Shown: positions 10,933 through 20,804 of the stretch, piece after piece
Layout of the letters: each line of letters begins with the position of its first letter
Numbering within the stretch: the first letter of the stretch is position 1
Assembly: GCA_963809055.1 (NCBI GenBank)
Contig: CAWEID010000021.1
Coordinates: 75,351-139,350 of the forward strand
DNA length: 64,000 bases
Source of the DNA: an uncultured Pseudomonadota bacterium
Lineage (GTDB): Bacteria; Pseudomonadota; Alphaproteobacteria; Rhizobiales; Beijerinckiaceae
Reading direction: 5' to 3'
The notes under the pieces: model-generated
Seen by the model: the letters and a program-made list of their open reading frames with translations, nothing else
Told to the model about the DNA's origin: nothing
Database searches by the model: none
Program-made: the position numbers and the translations under genes

Positions 10933-11670
10933 ATGATCGAGTTGTTTTTCTGGCCGACGCCGAACGGCAAGAAGGTGACGATCCTGCTCGAGGAACTCGG
11001 CGTTCCCTACACGGTCACCCCCTGCAACATCGCCAGGGGCGATCAATTCAAGGCCGCGTTTCTGAAGATCAGCCCGAACAATCGCATGCCCGCGCTGATC
11101 GACCATGCGCCGGCCGACGGCGGGCTTCCGATCCATCTTTTCGAGTCCGGCGCGATCATGATGTATCTGGGCGAGAAACATGGGCGTTTCTATCCTCAGG
11201 ATCTGCGCGGCCGATTTGAGGTCAATCAATGGGTCATGTGGCAGATGGCCAATCAGGGCCCCAAGTCTGGCGAATGCGGACATTTCCGCCGACTCGGCGA
11301 GGACAAGGGCGACCAGTCCTACGCCGTGCGCCGGTTCACCGACGAGGTGAACCGGCTCTACGGCGTAATGAACAACCGGCTCTATGACCGGCGCTACCTC
11401 GCGGGCGAGGACTATACGATCGCGGACATGATCTCGTATCCCTGGACCGTGAACTGGCGGAACCAGGGTCAGGACATTTCCGAGTTCCGCTATTTCAAGC
11501 GCTGGTTCGACGAGTTGAGCGCGCGGCCCGCGGTGCAGCGCGGCCTTGCGGTCACGGCGGGACAGGCCGAGGACCCCGCGAGCCTGACGGCCGAGGAGCG
11601 CGAGCGGCGCGCGAAGCTGCTCTATAATCAGCGCGCCCGGCCGGCGCCCGCCGCCGGAGGGTTGCAGTAG
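10933..11670 (+). CDS. Glutathione S-transferase, YfcG/YghU-like
   Basis: WPTPNGKKV, ISPNNRMPAL, FESGAIMMYL, YTIADM. Confidence 0.92.
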   Translation: MIELFFWPTPNGKKVTILLEELGVPYTVTPCNIARGDQFKAAFLKISPNNRMPALIDHAPADGGLPIHLFESGAIMMYLGEKHGRFYPQDLRGRFEVNQWVMWQMANQGPKSGECGHFRRLGEDKGDQSYAVRRFTDEVNRLYGVMNNRLYDRRYLAGEDYTIADMISYPWTVNWRNQGQDISEFRYFKRWFDELSARPAVQRGLAVTAGQAEDPASLTAEERERRAKLLYNQRARPAPAAGGLQ

Positions 11671-11715
11671 TCGTCGAACAGCGCGGGTCTTTTGTCACGT
11701 TTCGGAGAAATCGTC

Positions 11716-12714
11716 ATGAGCATGCCCATGATCCGCCTCGGCAAGACCGGCCTCGCCGTGTCGCGTCTGGCGTTGGGGACGATGACGTTCGGGCTGCAGA
11801 CCGAGGAAGCGGGCGCACGCGAAATCCTCGCAAAAGCCGCGTCGGCCGGCGTCAATTTCATCGACACCGCCGATGTCTATCCGGTCGGCGGGGGCCTCGC
11901 CACGGCCGGGCGCACCGAGGAAATCGTGGGACGCTGGCTGCAAGGCCAGCGCGCCAATTTCATCCTGGCCACCAAGGCAGTCGGCCGCATGGGGCCAAAC
12001 GCCTGGGACCAGGGCGCCTCGCGCAAGCATCTCATGGACGCGATCGACGCTTCGCTGAAGCGGCTCAAGACCGACTATGTCGATCTTTACCAGTTGCATT
12101 CCGACGATCCCGCGACCCCGCTGGACGAGTCGCTGGAGGCCTTGGACGCGATCGTGCGTTCAGGCCGGGCCCGATATGTCGGCGTGTCCAATTTTCTGGC
12201 CTATCGCCTCGCCAAGGCGCTCGGGCGCTGCGAGTTGAAGGGATGGGCGCGCATCGTGTCCGTGCAGCCGCGCTACAATCTGCTGTTCCGCCAGATCGAG
12301 CGCGAATTGCTGCCGTTGGCGCTGGAAGAGGGCGTCGGCGTGATCCCCTATAATCCGCTCGCGGGCGGATTGTTGACGGGCAAGCACCGGCGCGACGGCG
12401 CCCCGCCGGAAGGCACCCGGTTCACGCTCGGCAGCGCCGGTTCGCTGTATCAGGATCGCTACTGGAATGAGCGCGCCTTCGCCACCGTCGGCGCCTTGCA
12501 GGATCTCGCGCGCGAGGCCGGGATTTCGCTGACGACGCTCGCGGTGGCCTGGGCGCTAGCCCATCCCGCGATCACGGCGCCGCTGCTGGGCGCGAGCCGC
12601 GCCGACCAACTCGACGCCTCGCTCGCGGCGGCCGAGTACCGTCTCGATCCCGCGCTGAAACACAAACTGGACGAACTGACGGCGGAATACCGCCGGGGCG
12701 ACGCGCCGCGGTGA
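11716..12714 (+). CDS. Aldo/keto reductase
   Basis: LGTMTFG, FIDTADVY, ILATK, DYVDLYQLH, GVSN, QPRYNL, PYNPLAGGLLTGK. Confidence 0.95.
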   Translation: MSMPMIRLGKTGLAVSRLALGTMTFGLQTEEAGAREILAKAASAGVNFIDTADVYPVGGGLATAGRTEEIVGRWLQGQRANFILATKAVGRMGPNAWDQGASRKHLMDAIDASLKRLKTDYVDLYQLHSDDPATPLDESLEALDAIVRSGRARYVGVSNFLAYRLAKALGRCELKGWARIVSVQPRYNLLFRQIERELLPLALEEGVGVIPYNPLAGGLLTGKHRRDGAPPEGTRFTLGSAGSLYQDRYWNERAFATVGALQDLAREAGISLTTLAVAWALAHPAITAPLLGASRADQLDASLAAAEYRLDPALKHKLDELTAEYRRGDAPR

Positions 12715-12863
12715 GCGCGGCCGTCAGCCGGCCCACACGCCGTGCTTGTCAAGGGATGCTGCGATCCGAATGCAGCCCGGTTTCGCCTCGCGCCGCCTCG
12801 TGAGGACCCGACAAGGCCGAACAAGTCCAAGGCCCCGCGCTCCGAGGCCGCCCGGAAAACGGC

Positions 12864-13280
12864 TCAGCGCTCGTCCTCTTGCGTCTTTTCGATTTTGGCG
12901 ACGACGCAAGTCAGCCGGATCACGAGGTCGCGCAGGGTTGGATTCTTGATGCTCGAAAAGGCGCGCAAAAGCCGCAAGCCGTCGTCGAAGGCGTGCAGAC
13001 CCTCGTTATTGCCCGTGGCGCGGGCGTCCGCGTCGGAAACCACCTTCAGATCGGGCGCAATCGAAGCAAAAAAGTAGCTTGTGGGTACGCCAAGGCTCTG
13101 CGCGAGCGCCAATAACCGGCGCGCGCCTACCCTTTGCTGTCCAGACTCGAACTCGTCCATCAGTTTCGGACTGACGTTCAAGTCGTGCGCGACCTGATCG
13201 AGCGAGAGGCCAAGCTGAATGCGCTTTTCTCGAATTCGACGTCCTACAATCTGATCAATCTGATTCTTGTCTTTTGACAT
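12864..13280 (-). CDS. XRE-family helix-turn-helix regulator
   Basis: IDQIVGRRIREKRIQLGLS...ESGQQRVGARRL...LGVPTSYFF and C-terminal LLRAFSSIKNPTLR, the usual alphaproteobacterial XRE layout. Confidence 0.85.
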   Translation of the reverse strand: MSKDKNQIDQIVGRRIREKRIQLGLSLDQVAHDLNVSPKLMDEFESGQQRVGARRLLALAQSLGVPTSYFFASIAPDLKVVSDADARATGNNEGLHAFDDGLRLLRAFSSIKNPTLRDLVIRLTCVVAKIEKTQEDER

Positions 13281-13556
13281 TTCAAAACGTCCGATCACGT
13301 GGACATTTGTCCTTGAGTTACGACGATGGGATCAATCAGTGCGATTCGGCCTCTGCCCAGAAAACTCATTTCTTTCGCAGCCATGTGATAGGCCGTGAAA
13401 GTTCCATTGTGTCATCCGTTTGATACACGAGGAAGCAAATATCGCAACAATTGTCCACATTAATCATGAATTTACACAAACAATTACGTAGAGTAAGTAT
13501 CCATAAATGCAACAATGGTCTATCTAGTTTTGCGCCACGGAGCCTATAGTAGCGTT

Positions 13557-13571
13557 TTAATATAATATTAA
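13557..13571. promoter_or_regulatory. Candidate CtrA box
   Basis: Exact TTAA-N7-TTAA (TTAATATAATATTAA), but in a very AT-rich region where chance matches are plausible. Confidence 0.4.
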
Positions 13572-13699
13572 TCAAAATCAACGTCTTCCGGCGTTTATGT
13601 CGCTACGGCACGTGACAATTAGAAAGCGCGAACGTGCAATAGGAATGCTTACAGACATTATCGGCTATCTTTGCGCTCGAATTGCAATCGGGGCGCCAT

Positions 13700-13918
13700 G
13701 TGTCGAATATTCCCAACGAATTGGATTCTTTGAATGAATTGGTGCGCACTCTGTTGGACGCACGGCCGTTCGCCGCGCGGCTCGATGACCATATGACGTT
13801 GTATCTAATCGATTTGGCGCTCATGCAGGCAGGAAGGGATATTGCGGGCCATTTGAGGCGGGATGGAGTCGCGCGGGACGAGAATGCCCCGCCACAAGGG
13901 CCGGCGCAAGGGTCGTAA
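13700..13918 (+). CDS. Small hypothetical protein (about 72 aa)
   Basis: GTG-started ORF with an amphipathic helical pattern (LNELVRTLLDAR...MTLYLIDLALMQA), divergent from the XRE gene. Confidence 0.45.
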   Translation: MSNIPNELDSLNELVRTLLDARPFAARLDDHMTLYLIDLALMQAGRDIAGHLRRDGVARDENAPPQGPAQGS

Positions 13919-14101
13919 TTGAACAGATATTTCGCATTTCAAATTCGTCAGTTGTTTGCGCTTTCGAGCCGACCTTATACTTGCTTCCCGCATTCGCCCA
14001 GGCCCGATGACGCGAAGTACTGTTCAACAAAATTGATATCTCAATGCGCAGTCTTGTCCATTGTTTTAGCAATGGCGCAAAGGCGGCAGGCGCGATGAAT
14101 G

Positions 14102-15840
14102 TCAGAAAATATCCGGTTCGCCTACGGTTTTGCCGAAATCGGTTTGCAGAAAGTCAAAATCGCAGCCTTGGTCGGCCTGGGTCACGTGGCGCGAGAACAT
14201 CCAACCGTAGCCGCGCTCGTAACGCGGCGTCGGCAGGCGCAAGCGTCGCGCGCCGTTGCGCCAGTTCCGCTTCCGGCACGTCCAGCGTCAGGCGGCGGGC
14301 GGCGACGTCGAGCGTGATGACGTCGCCGGTTCGCACCAACGCGAGCGCGCCGCCGACGTAGGATTCGGGCGAGACATGCAGAATGCAGGCGCCGTAGGCG
14401 GTCCCGCTCATGCGCGCGTCGGAGATGCGCACCATGTCGCGCACGCCCTGACGAACCAGCTTCTTCGGGATCGGCAGCATGCCCCATTCCGGCATGCCCG
14501 GGGCGCCGAGCGGCCCGGAGTTGCGCAGCACCAGCACATGTTCGGGCGTCACTTCGAGGTCGTCGCGGTCGATCGCGGCTTTCAGCGCGGCGTAATTGTC
14601 GAAGACCAGCGCCGGGCCGGAATGCTTCAGAAGGTGCGGGGCCGCGGCCGAGGGTTTCATCACGCAGCCGTTGGGCGCCAGATTGCCTCTGCAGCACCGC
14701 GAGCGCGCCCTCGGCGTAGATCGGATTGTCGAGCGGGCGGATGACGTCGTCGTTGTAGACGCTCGCGCCTTCGAGGCTCTCGGCCCAGGTCTTGCCGGAA
14801 GCGTTGATCTGGCGAGAGATCGAGGAACGGCTTCAGCCGCGTCAGCAGGCCGAGCAGCCCGCCGGCGTAGTAGAAATCCTCCATCAGATATTTGTCGCCG
14901 CTCGGGCGGATGTTGGCGATCACGGGCGTCTTGCGGCTCGCCGCGTCGAAATCGTCGAGCGAGATGTTGTGTCCCGCGCGCCGCGCCATCGCGACGATAT
15001 GGATGACGGCGTTGGTCGAGCAGCCCATCGCCATCGCAACCGCGATCGCGTTGCGATAGGCGCCCTCGGTCTGGATCTTCGGCCGGCGTCAGATCCTCCC
15101 AGACCATTTCGACGATGCGCCGTCCGGCGTCCGCGCACATGCGGATGTGGTTGGAATCGGCGGCCGGAATCGAGGAGGCGCCGGGCAGGCTCATGCCGAT
15201 CACGTCGGCGAGCGCGGTCATGGTCGAGGCGGTGCCCATCGTCATGCAGACGCCGTAGGAGCGCGCGATGCCGACCTCCATCTCCGACCAGTCCTTAGCC
15301 GAGATGTTGCCGGCGCGCCGCTCGTCCCAATATTTGATCGCGTCCGAGCCGGAGCCGAGCACCTTGCCGTGCCAGTTTCCGCGCAGCATCGGGCCCGCCG
15401 GCGTGAAGATCGCGGGAACGCCCGCGCTGGTCGCGCCGAGGATCAGGCCGGGCGTCGTCTTGTCGCATCCGCCCATCAGCACGACGCCGTCGATCGGATG
15501 CGAGCGGATCAACTCCTCCGTCTCCATCGCGAGGAAATTGCGATAGAGCATCGTCGTCGGCTTGACCATGATCTCCGAAAGCGAGATCGCCGGCAGTTCG
15601 ACGGGAAAGCCGCCGGCCTGCAGCACGCCGCGCTTGACGTCCTCGACGCGGCTGCTTGAAATGCGCATGGCATTGGTTGAGGTCGGACCAGGTATTGATG
15701 ATCCCGATGACCGGCTTGCCGAGGTAATCGGCGCTCGAATAGCCCATCTGGTTCATGCGCGAGCGATGGCCGAAAGAGCGAAAATCGTCGGGCGCGAACC
15801 AGCGCGCCGATCGCAAAGTTTCCGGCGTCTTGCGCGTCAT
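14102..15840 (-). CDS. IlvD/Edd-family sugar-acid dehydratase (L-arabinonate dehydratase-like), several frameshifts
   Basis: Pieces in different frames join to [62 protein letters not shown] and RYERGYGWMFSRHVTQADQGCDFDFL, with TGA at 14104-14102. Confidence 0.88.
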
Positions 15841-15916
15841 GTCTCGCCTCCCCCAAGCGGGCGCATATTGCGCCGTCGGCCGATGCTACGCGATCCCGGG
15901 CCGCCGCGCCAAGCCG

Positions 15917-17185
15917 TCAACGCGCGCTGCGCAGCGCGGAGATGGCCAGGCCCGCCAGCAGCGTGATGAACGCGCAGACGAGAAACAGGCTGTCGTAGCC
16001 GAAGCGACGGATCAATCCGCCGCCGACCCAGGGCGCGACGAATTGCGCCGAGGCGCCGGCCATGACGAGCAGCGCGAGATCGCGACCCGCCGAGTCCCTG
16101 TTTGGCAGCACGCGCGACATCAGCGTCAGGTCGACTGTGGCGTAGGCGCCCATCGCCAATCCGCCGAGCCCGGCGAAGACGAGCATGCCGCTCCATGTCG
16201 GGCTGACGATCGGCGCGAACATGGCGGCCGCCATCGCGAGCGCATAGACCTGCGCGAAGATCTTGCGCCGCTCGATTCGGTTCGCGATCCACAAGCCGGC
16301 CGCAATCGCGGTCACGGTCGCGAGCGTGCGCACGGAATTGAGTTCGCCCGCCGCTATCCTGGCGTCGGCGACCCCGATATGGTCCTGCAGGATGTAGAGC
16401 AAGTAATTGTTGATCGAGAATTGCGCGACGAACATCAGCACGCGAAAGAGATAGGCCAGCGAGAAATCCCGCGAGGAGAAGCTGGTCAGAAGGCTGAGCG
16501 TCGGCACAAGCCGGCGCCCGGGTCTGGTCGGCTCGCGCGCCGGTCTGGGCTCGAGATAGGGCGCCTCGCGACCGAAACTCACGAACGCCGCCGTCGAAAT
16601 CACGAGCGCGAGGGCCAGGATCGCGTTGCCGAGCACGCCGGGCGCAAATGCCGCGAGATTGGCGCCGAAGAGCGCGCCTAGCGGTCCGGCGACGCCGACC
16701 ACCGAGGAGGCAAGACTGCGCTTGGAGTCCGGCACCCTGTCGGGCGTCACCGCGAGCATTGCGGCCTGGAAGAAATTGAGCGTGAACCAGAGCGCGCCGA
16801 AGAAGATCGCAATGCCGAGAAAACTGTGCTGCAACCCGAGCCCGATCGTCAGGACGGCGGAGGCGGCGGCCATCCCGGCGAGCCAGGGCGCACGGCGGCC
16901 CCAGCGGCTGCGCGTGGCGTCCGAGGCGGCGCCGCCCGCGGTCAGGCCGGCGACGCCGGTAACCGCGCAGAGCATCGTCAGCCAGGCGAGATTCTGAATC
17001 TTGCCGGCGGGGTCGATCGCCTCGACTTGCAGCGGCGCCAGGATCAGTTGCACGCCGTTGAAGTTGGCGTAGAGCGTGAGCGCCATCGGCAGCAGCAGCG
17101 TCAGCACGAGCCCGAGGCTCGCCGGCGCGCGCACGACGGCCTCGAGCGGGCGCTCCCGATCCGGGCTGCGGCATTCCGCTGTCAT
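15917..17185 (-). CDS. MFS transporter
   Basis: About 12 hydrophobic segments; motif-A-like GAASDATRSRWGRRAPW. Confidence 0.9.
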   Translation of the reverse strand: MTAECRSPDRERPLEAVVRAPASLGLVLTLLLPMALTLYANFNGVQLILAPLQVEAIDPAGKIQNLAWLTMLCAVTGVAGLTAGGAASDATRSRWGRRAPWLAGMAAASAVLTIGLGLQHSFLGIAIFFGALWFTLNFFQAAMLAVTPDRVPDSKRSLASSVVGVAGPLGALFGANLAAFAPGVLGNAILALALVISTAAFVSFGREAPYLEPRPAREPTRPGRRLVPTLSLLTSFSSRDFSLAYLFRVLMFVAQFSINNYLLYILQDHIGVADARIAAGELNSVRTLATVTAIAAGLWIANRIERRKIFAQVYALAMAAAMFAPIVSPTWSGMLVFAGLGGLAMGAYATVDLTLMSRVLPNRDSAGRDLALLVMAGASAQFVAPWVGGGLIRRFGYDSLFLVCAFITLLAGLAISALRSAR

Positions 17186-17381
17186 CAGGGCGCTTTCCCA
17201 ATCTCCGATAGGCTCTGCCGATCTCTCGGCCGGACGCGCGCCGGAGGGGGGATCGCAGGCCTCTCTTGTGCGCGGACCCTGAGTCGATCAAGCTCTTTCT
17301 CACACAAGCGTGTGATGTCGCCGGGCGGGGCCTGCTGTAGACCTCTGCGATGCGGCGGCTCGGGCGCGCAGAAGGGGTCGA

Positions 17382-18158
17382 ATGAAGCTGGAGCTCGAAA
17401 ATGTCGTCGTCCTCGTGACCGGGGGATCGAAGGGCATCGGCCTGGCCTGCGCCAAGGCCTTCCTCGCCGAGGGCGCTCGCGTCGCGATCGTCTCGCGCTC
17501 CCAGGGCAACGTCGATAGAGCGATTGCGGAATTGCCGGGCGCTTTCGGGGTCGCCGCGGACATGATCGACCCCGCCGCCGCCGCGGCGGCCATTGCGACG
17601 GTCGAAGGCCCGCTTGGGCCGATCGGCGTACTCGTCAATTCGGCAGGCGCGGCGCAGCGCACGGCGCCGGACGACCTGACGCCCGCGGCCTGGCGCGCGG
17701 CGATGGACGCCAAATATTTCTCCTACATCCACGCGATCGATCCGATGATCAAGCGCATGGCTGCGCGCGCGCAGGGCGTGATCGTCAACGTGATCGGGGC
17801 GGGCGGCAAGGTCGCCTCGCCGACCCATATCGCCGGAGGCGCGGCCAATGCGGCCCTGATGCTCGCAACCGCCGGGCTCGCCCGCGCCTATGCCGGAAAA
17901 GGCGTGCGCGTCGTCGGCATTAATCCCGGCTTGACTGAAACCGAGCGATTCACCGACGGTCTGCGCGCCGCCGCCCAGCTCGCCGGCGTCAGCCTCGAAG
18001 AGGCCGCGCGACGCAGCGTCGAGGCGATCCCGATGGGCCGGCTGGCTCGCCCGGAGGAAGTCGCCGACGCGGTGGTGTTCCTCGCTTCCAAGCGCGCGAG
18101 TTACATCAACGGCGTCAATATCGGCATGGACGGCGTCCAGACCCCGATCGTGGTCTGA
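17382..18158 (+). CDS. Short-chain dehydrogenase/reductase (atypical catalytic motif)
   Basis: TGGSKGIG, LVNSAG, INPG, PMGRLARPEEVA; the YxxxK motif is replaced by GGAAN. Confidence 0.9.
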   Translation: MKLELENVVVLVTGGSKGIGLACAKAFLAEGARVAIVSRSQGNVDRAIAELPGAFGVAADMIDPAAAAAAIATVEGPLGPIGVLVNSAGAAQRTAPDDLTPAAWRAAMDAKYFSYIHAIDPMIKRMAARAQGVIVNVIGAGGKVASPTHIAGGAANAALMLATAGLARAYAGKGVRVVGINPGLTETERFTDGLRAAAQLAGVSLEEAARRSVEAIPMGRLARPEEVADAVVFLASKRASYINGVNIGMDGVQTPIVV

Positions 18159-18307
18159 GGCCGATTTCGTCCGTCCTTCGGCGGGCGGGCGGCTTTGCAA
18201 GGCTGCGGGGAGGGACAGCGCGTCGCCGATGTCGTAGTTTGCGCGTCTCGATATCGCGTTCGCTCGCCCAAAAGCGCGATCCGAGCGCGCTGCAAGGGAG
18301 GGCGGTC

Positions 18308-19131
18308 ATGGCCGATGCGCAATCCGGGAAACCCGTCGTATTGATCACCGGCGCTTCGTCCGGCATCGGCAAGGCGATCGCGCGGCGTCTGACGGGCGCC
18401 GGCTATCGCGTTTTCGGCACGAGCCGGGCGGGCTCCCCTTTGCCCGACGTCAGCGCCGAAATGATCGCGATGGATCTCGACAGCGACGCCTCGGTCGCGG
18501 ACGCGATTGGCGATATTTTGCTCGCGCCGGGCGCATCGACGCCGTCGTCAACAACGGCGGATGGGCGCTCATGGGCCCGATCGAGGAGACGGACATCGCG
18601 GAGGCGCGCGCGCAGATGGAGACGAATTTCTTCGGCGCATTTCGAGTCTGCCGCGCAGCGCTGCCGATCCTGCGCGCTCAGGGCGGCGGCCATATCGTCA
18701 ACGTGAGTTCGCTGGCGGGGATTTTCGGCGCGCCGTTCAACGGCCTCTATTGCGCCAGCAAGTTCGCGCTCGAGGGCTTCAGCGAAGCGCTGCGGTTCGA
18801 AACGCGCGGCATGGGAATCAAGATCGCGCTGGTCGAGCCCGGCGACACCGACACGGGCCTGCCCGCGCACCGCCGCACCGTCGCGGGCGCGAGCCAGGCC
18901 AGCGCCTACGCCAAGGCTTTCGCCAGATTCCAGGTCAATCAGGCGAAGGACGAAAAGAGCGCGATGCCGCCCGACGAAGTGGCGAAAGTCGTGCTGCGCA
19001 TATTGCGTTCGCCCTCGCCGCGCATGCGCTATTCCGTCGCCAATCCCGGACAACGCATCGTCGCGCCGCTAAAGCGCTTCCTGCCATATGCGTGGTTCGA
19101 GGCGCTCGTGGCCAGCGCTATGGGGGTGTAG
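18308..19131 (+). CDS. Short-chain dehydrogenase/reductase, frameshift near 18520
   Basis: TGASSGIG in one frame; RIDAVVNN, NVSS, YCASKFALEGFSEALR and VEPG in another. Confidence 0.85.
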
Positions 19132-19141
19132 GCGCGCCGCC

Positions 19142-19483
19142 TCACTCCGAAACGATCACCCCTTGCGCGGTGTCGGCATGGAATTCGCCGGTGAACGGGA
19201 AGCGGCCGGGCGAAAGCGGGCGGATCCGCACTTTTCCCTCGCCGCCGGGCTGGATCACCTTCTCCACCGCCGGCCGCTGCATGTCGAATTCGTCGGCGGT
19301 GTCGTCGAGATTGGTGACGCTGATCACGAACGGCTTGCCGCTCGGCACATGGATTTCCGCGGGCGTAAAGCGGTGGTTCTTCAGCGTCAGCGTATAGGTC
19401 TGCAGATCCTCGGCGCGCGCGGCGCCGGCGAGGATCGCAGCGAACACGGCAGCGCCCAGGGCGGCGCGAGACAATGGCGACAC
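19142..19483 (-). CDS. Periplasmic cupredoxin-domain protein (EfeO N-terminal/FtrB-like)
   Basis: Signal peptide ending ARA; LKNHRFTPAEIHVP, NLDDTADEF, VEKVI, PGRFPFTGEFH. Confidence 0.88.
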   Translation of the reverse strand: MSPLSRAALGAAVFAAILAGAARAEDLQTYTLTLKNHRFTPAEIHVPSGKPFVISVTNLDDTADEFDMQRPAVEKVIQPGGEGKVRIRPLSPGRFPFTGEFHADTAQGVIVSE

Positions 19484-19514
19484 TTTCTTCTCCCGTTTGA
19501 GTCTCCCGCGCGGC

Positions 19515-20804
19515 TCAGGAAGCCGCAGCGAACAGCTTCTGTCCGATGAACTCGCCCTTGGCGACGCCGGCCGGAATGGCGAAATGGCCGCCGCCAACGT
19601 TGGTGACGAACTGGTTCATCATGTCGAAGCGCGACATCCTCTCGAAGATGGTGATGAACCCTGCCGTGAGGTCGCGCTGGTAGCAGATGAAGATCAGTCC
19701 GGCGTCGAATTCCATGCCCTGGCGCCAGGGCGGCCAGCGCTCGGCGGTGAAGTTCGCGCCGTCGTTGTAGGAATAGGAGCGGCGAAGGATCTGCGATCCC
19801 GACAACGCCATCTCATGGGCGAGGCGCACGTGCGAATTCTCGGGGATGACGGGATTGCCGTCGGCGTCCTTCGCGTCCAGGTCGATCGGGTCGAATTCCG
19901 ATTTGGCGCCGAGCGGCGCGCCGGAAAGCTTTTCGCGCCCGAACGTCTGTTCCTGGAAGCCGACCTTCATGCGGTCCCAATGTTCGAGCGCGATGCGCGC
20001 GCGGCGCACGACGATGTAGCTGCCTCCGCGCATCCATTCCGGCGCCTCGTCGCCGGCCCAGACCACCGCGTCCATTTCCTGCGGCGTTCGTTGGTGTCGG
20101 GATTGCCGGTGCCGTCCTTGAAGCCCATCAGGTTGCGCGGCGTCTGCTCGGGCCCGAAATCCGAGACGAACCCGGCTTGAACCCAGCGGATATTGGCGAC
20201 GCCGTAGGCGAGCCGCGCCAATTGCCGCACGGCATGGAAGGCGACCTGCGCGTTATCCGCGCAGGCCTGCACATAGAGATCGCCGCCGGTGCGCGCCGGC
20301 GCCAACTGGTCGCCGGGGAAATGCGGCAGGTCGACGAAGGCCTTCGGGCCTTTGCGCCTGAGGCCGTAGCGGTCGACGCCGTCCTTCTCGAACAGGCCCG
20401 GGCCGAAGCCGAACGTGACCGTCAGGCGCTTGACGGCGAAGTCCCAGAACGTCGGACGGATCGGCCTGAGCGGCGTAGTCGGCGTCTCCCGGAATTTCGA
20501 CCGGCTGTGCCTTCGCTCATCGCCGCGGCGGCCTCGGTCCATGCCGCAGCAGCGCCTCGACGTCGCCGCGCTTCTTGGTCACGAGGTCGAACGCGGCGAT
20601 ATAGGTGTGCGTCTGCGCGGGGGTGACTACGCCGCCCTGATGCGGGCCGCAGAAAGGCTCGATCGCGCGCCGCGGCGCTGGAACGCTCGGCGCCGCGGCC
20701 GAGCGCGGCGCGAGATTGGCGCCGGCGAGCGCCGCCAGTCCGGCTGTGCCTGCAAGAAAGCCGCGGCGCGTCGCGGCGGCCTGGTTGTTGTCGCTCTCGC
20801 TCAT
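19515..20804 (-). CDS. efeB: Class A DyP-type peroxidase / deferrochelatase (EfeB-like), Tat substrate, several frameshifts
   Basis: TRRGFL leader, HQGGVVTPAQ, LTVTFGFGPGLF, GGDLYVQACAD, RNLMGFKDGT, SHVRLA, ILRRSYSY and GLIFICYQ spread over several frames. Confidence 0.85.

Noticed and set aside
16000-18200. Long alternative ORFs such as 15837..18200 (-), 25980..28004 (+), 38360..40351 (-) and 33767..35500 (-)
   Set aside because: Shadow frames of GC-rich real genes; Arg/Ala/Pro-rich with no recognisable motifs.
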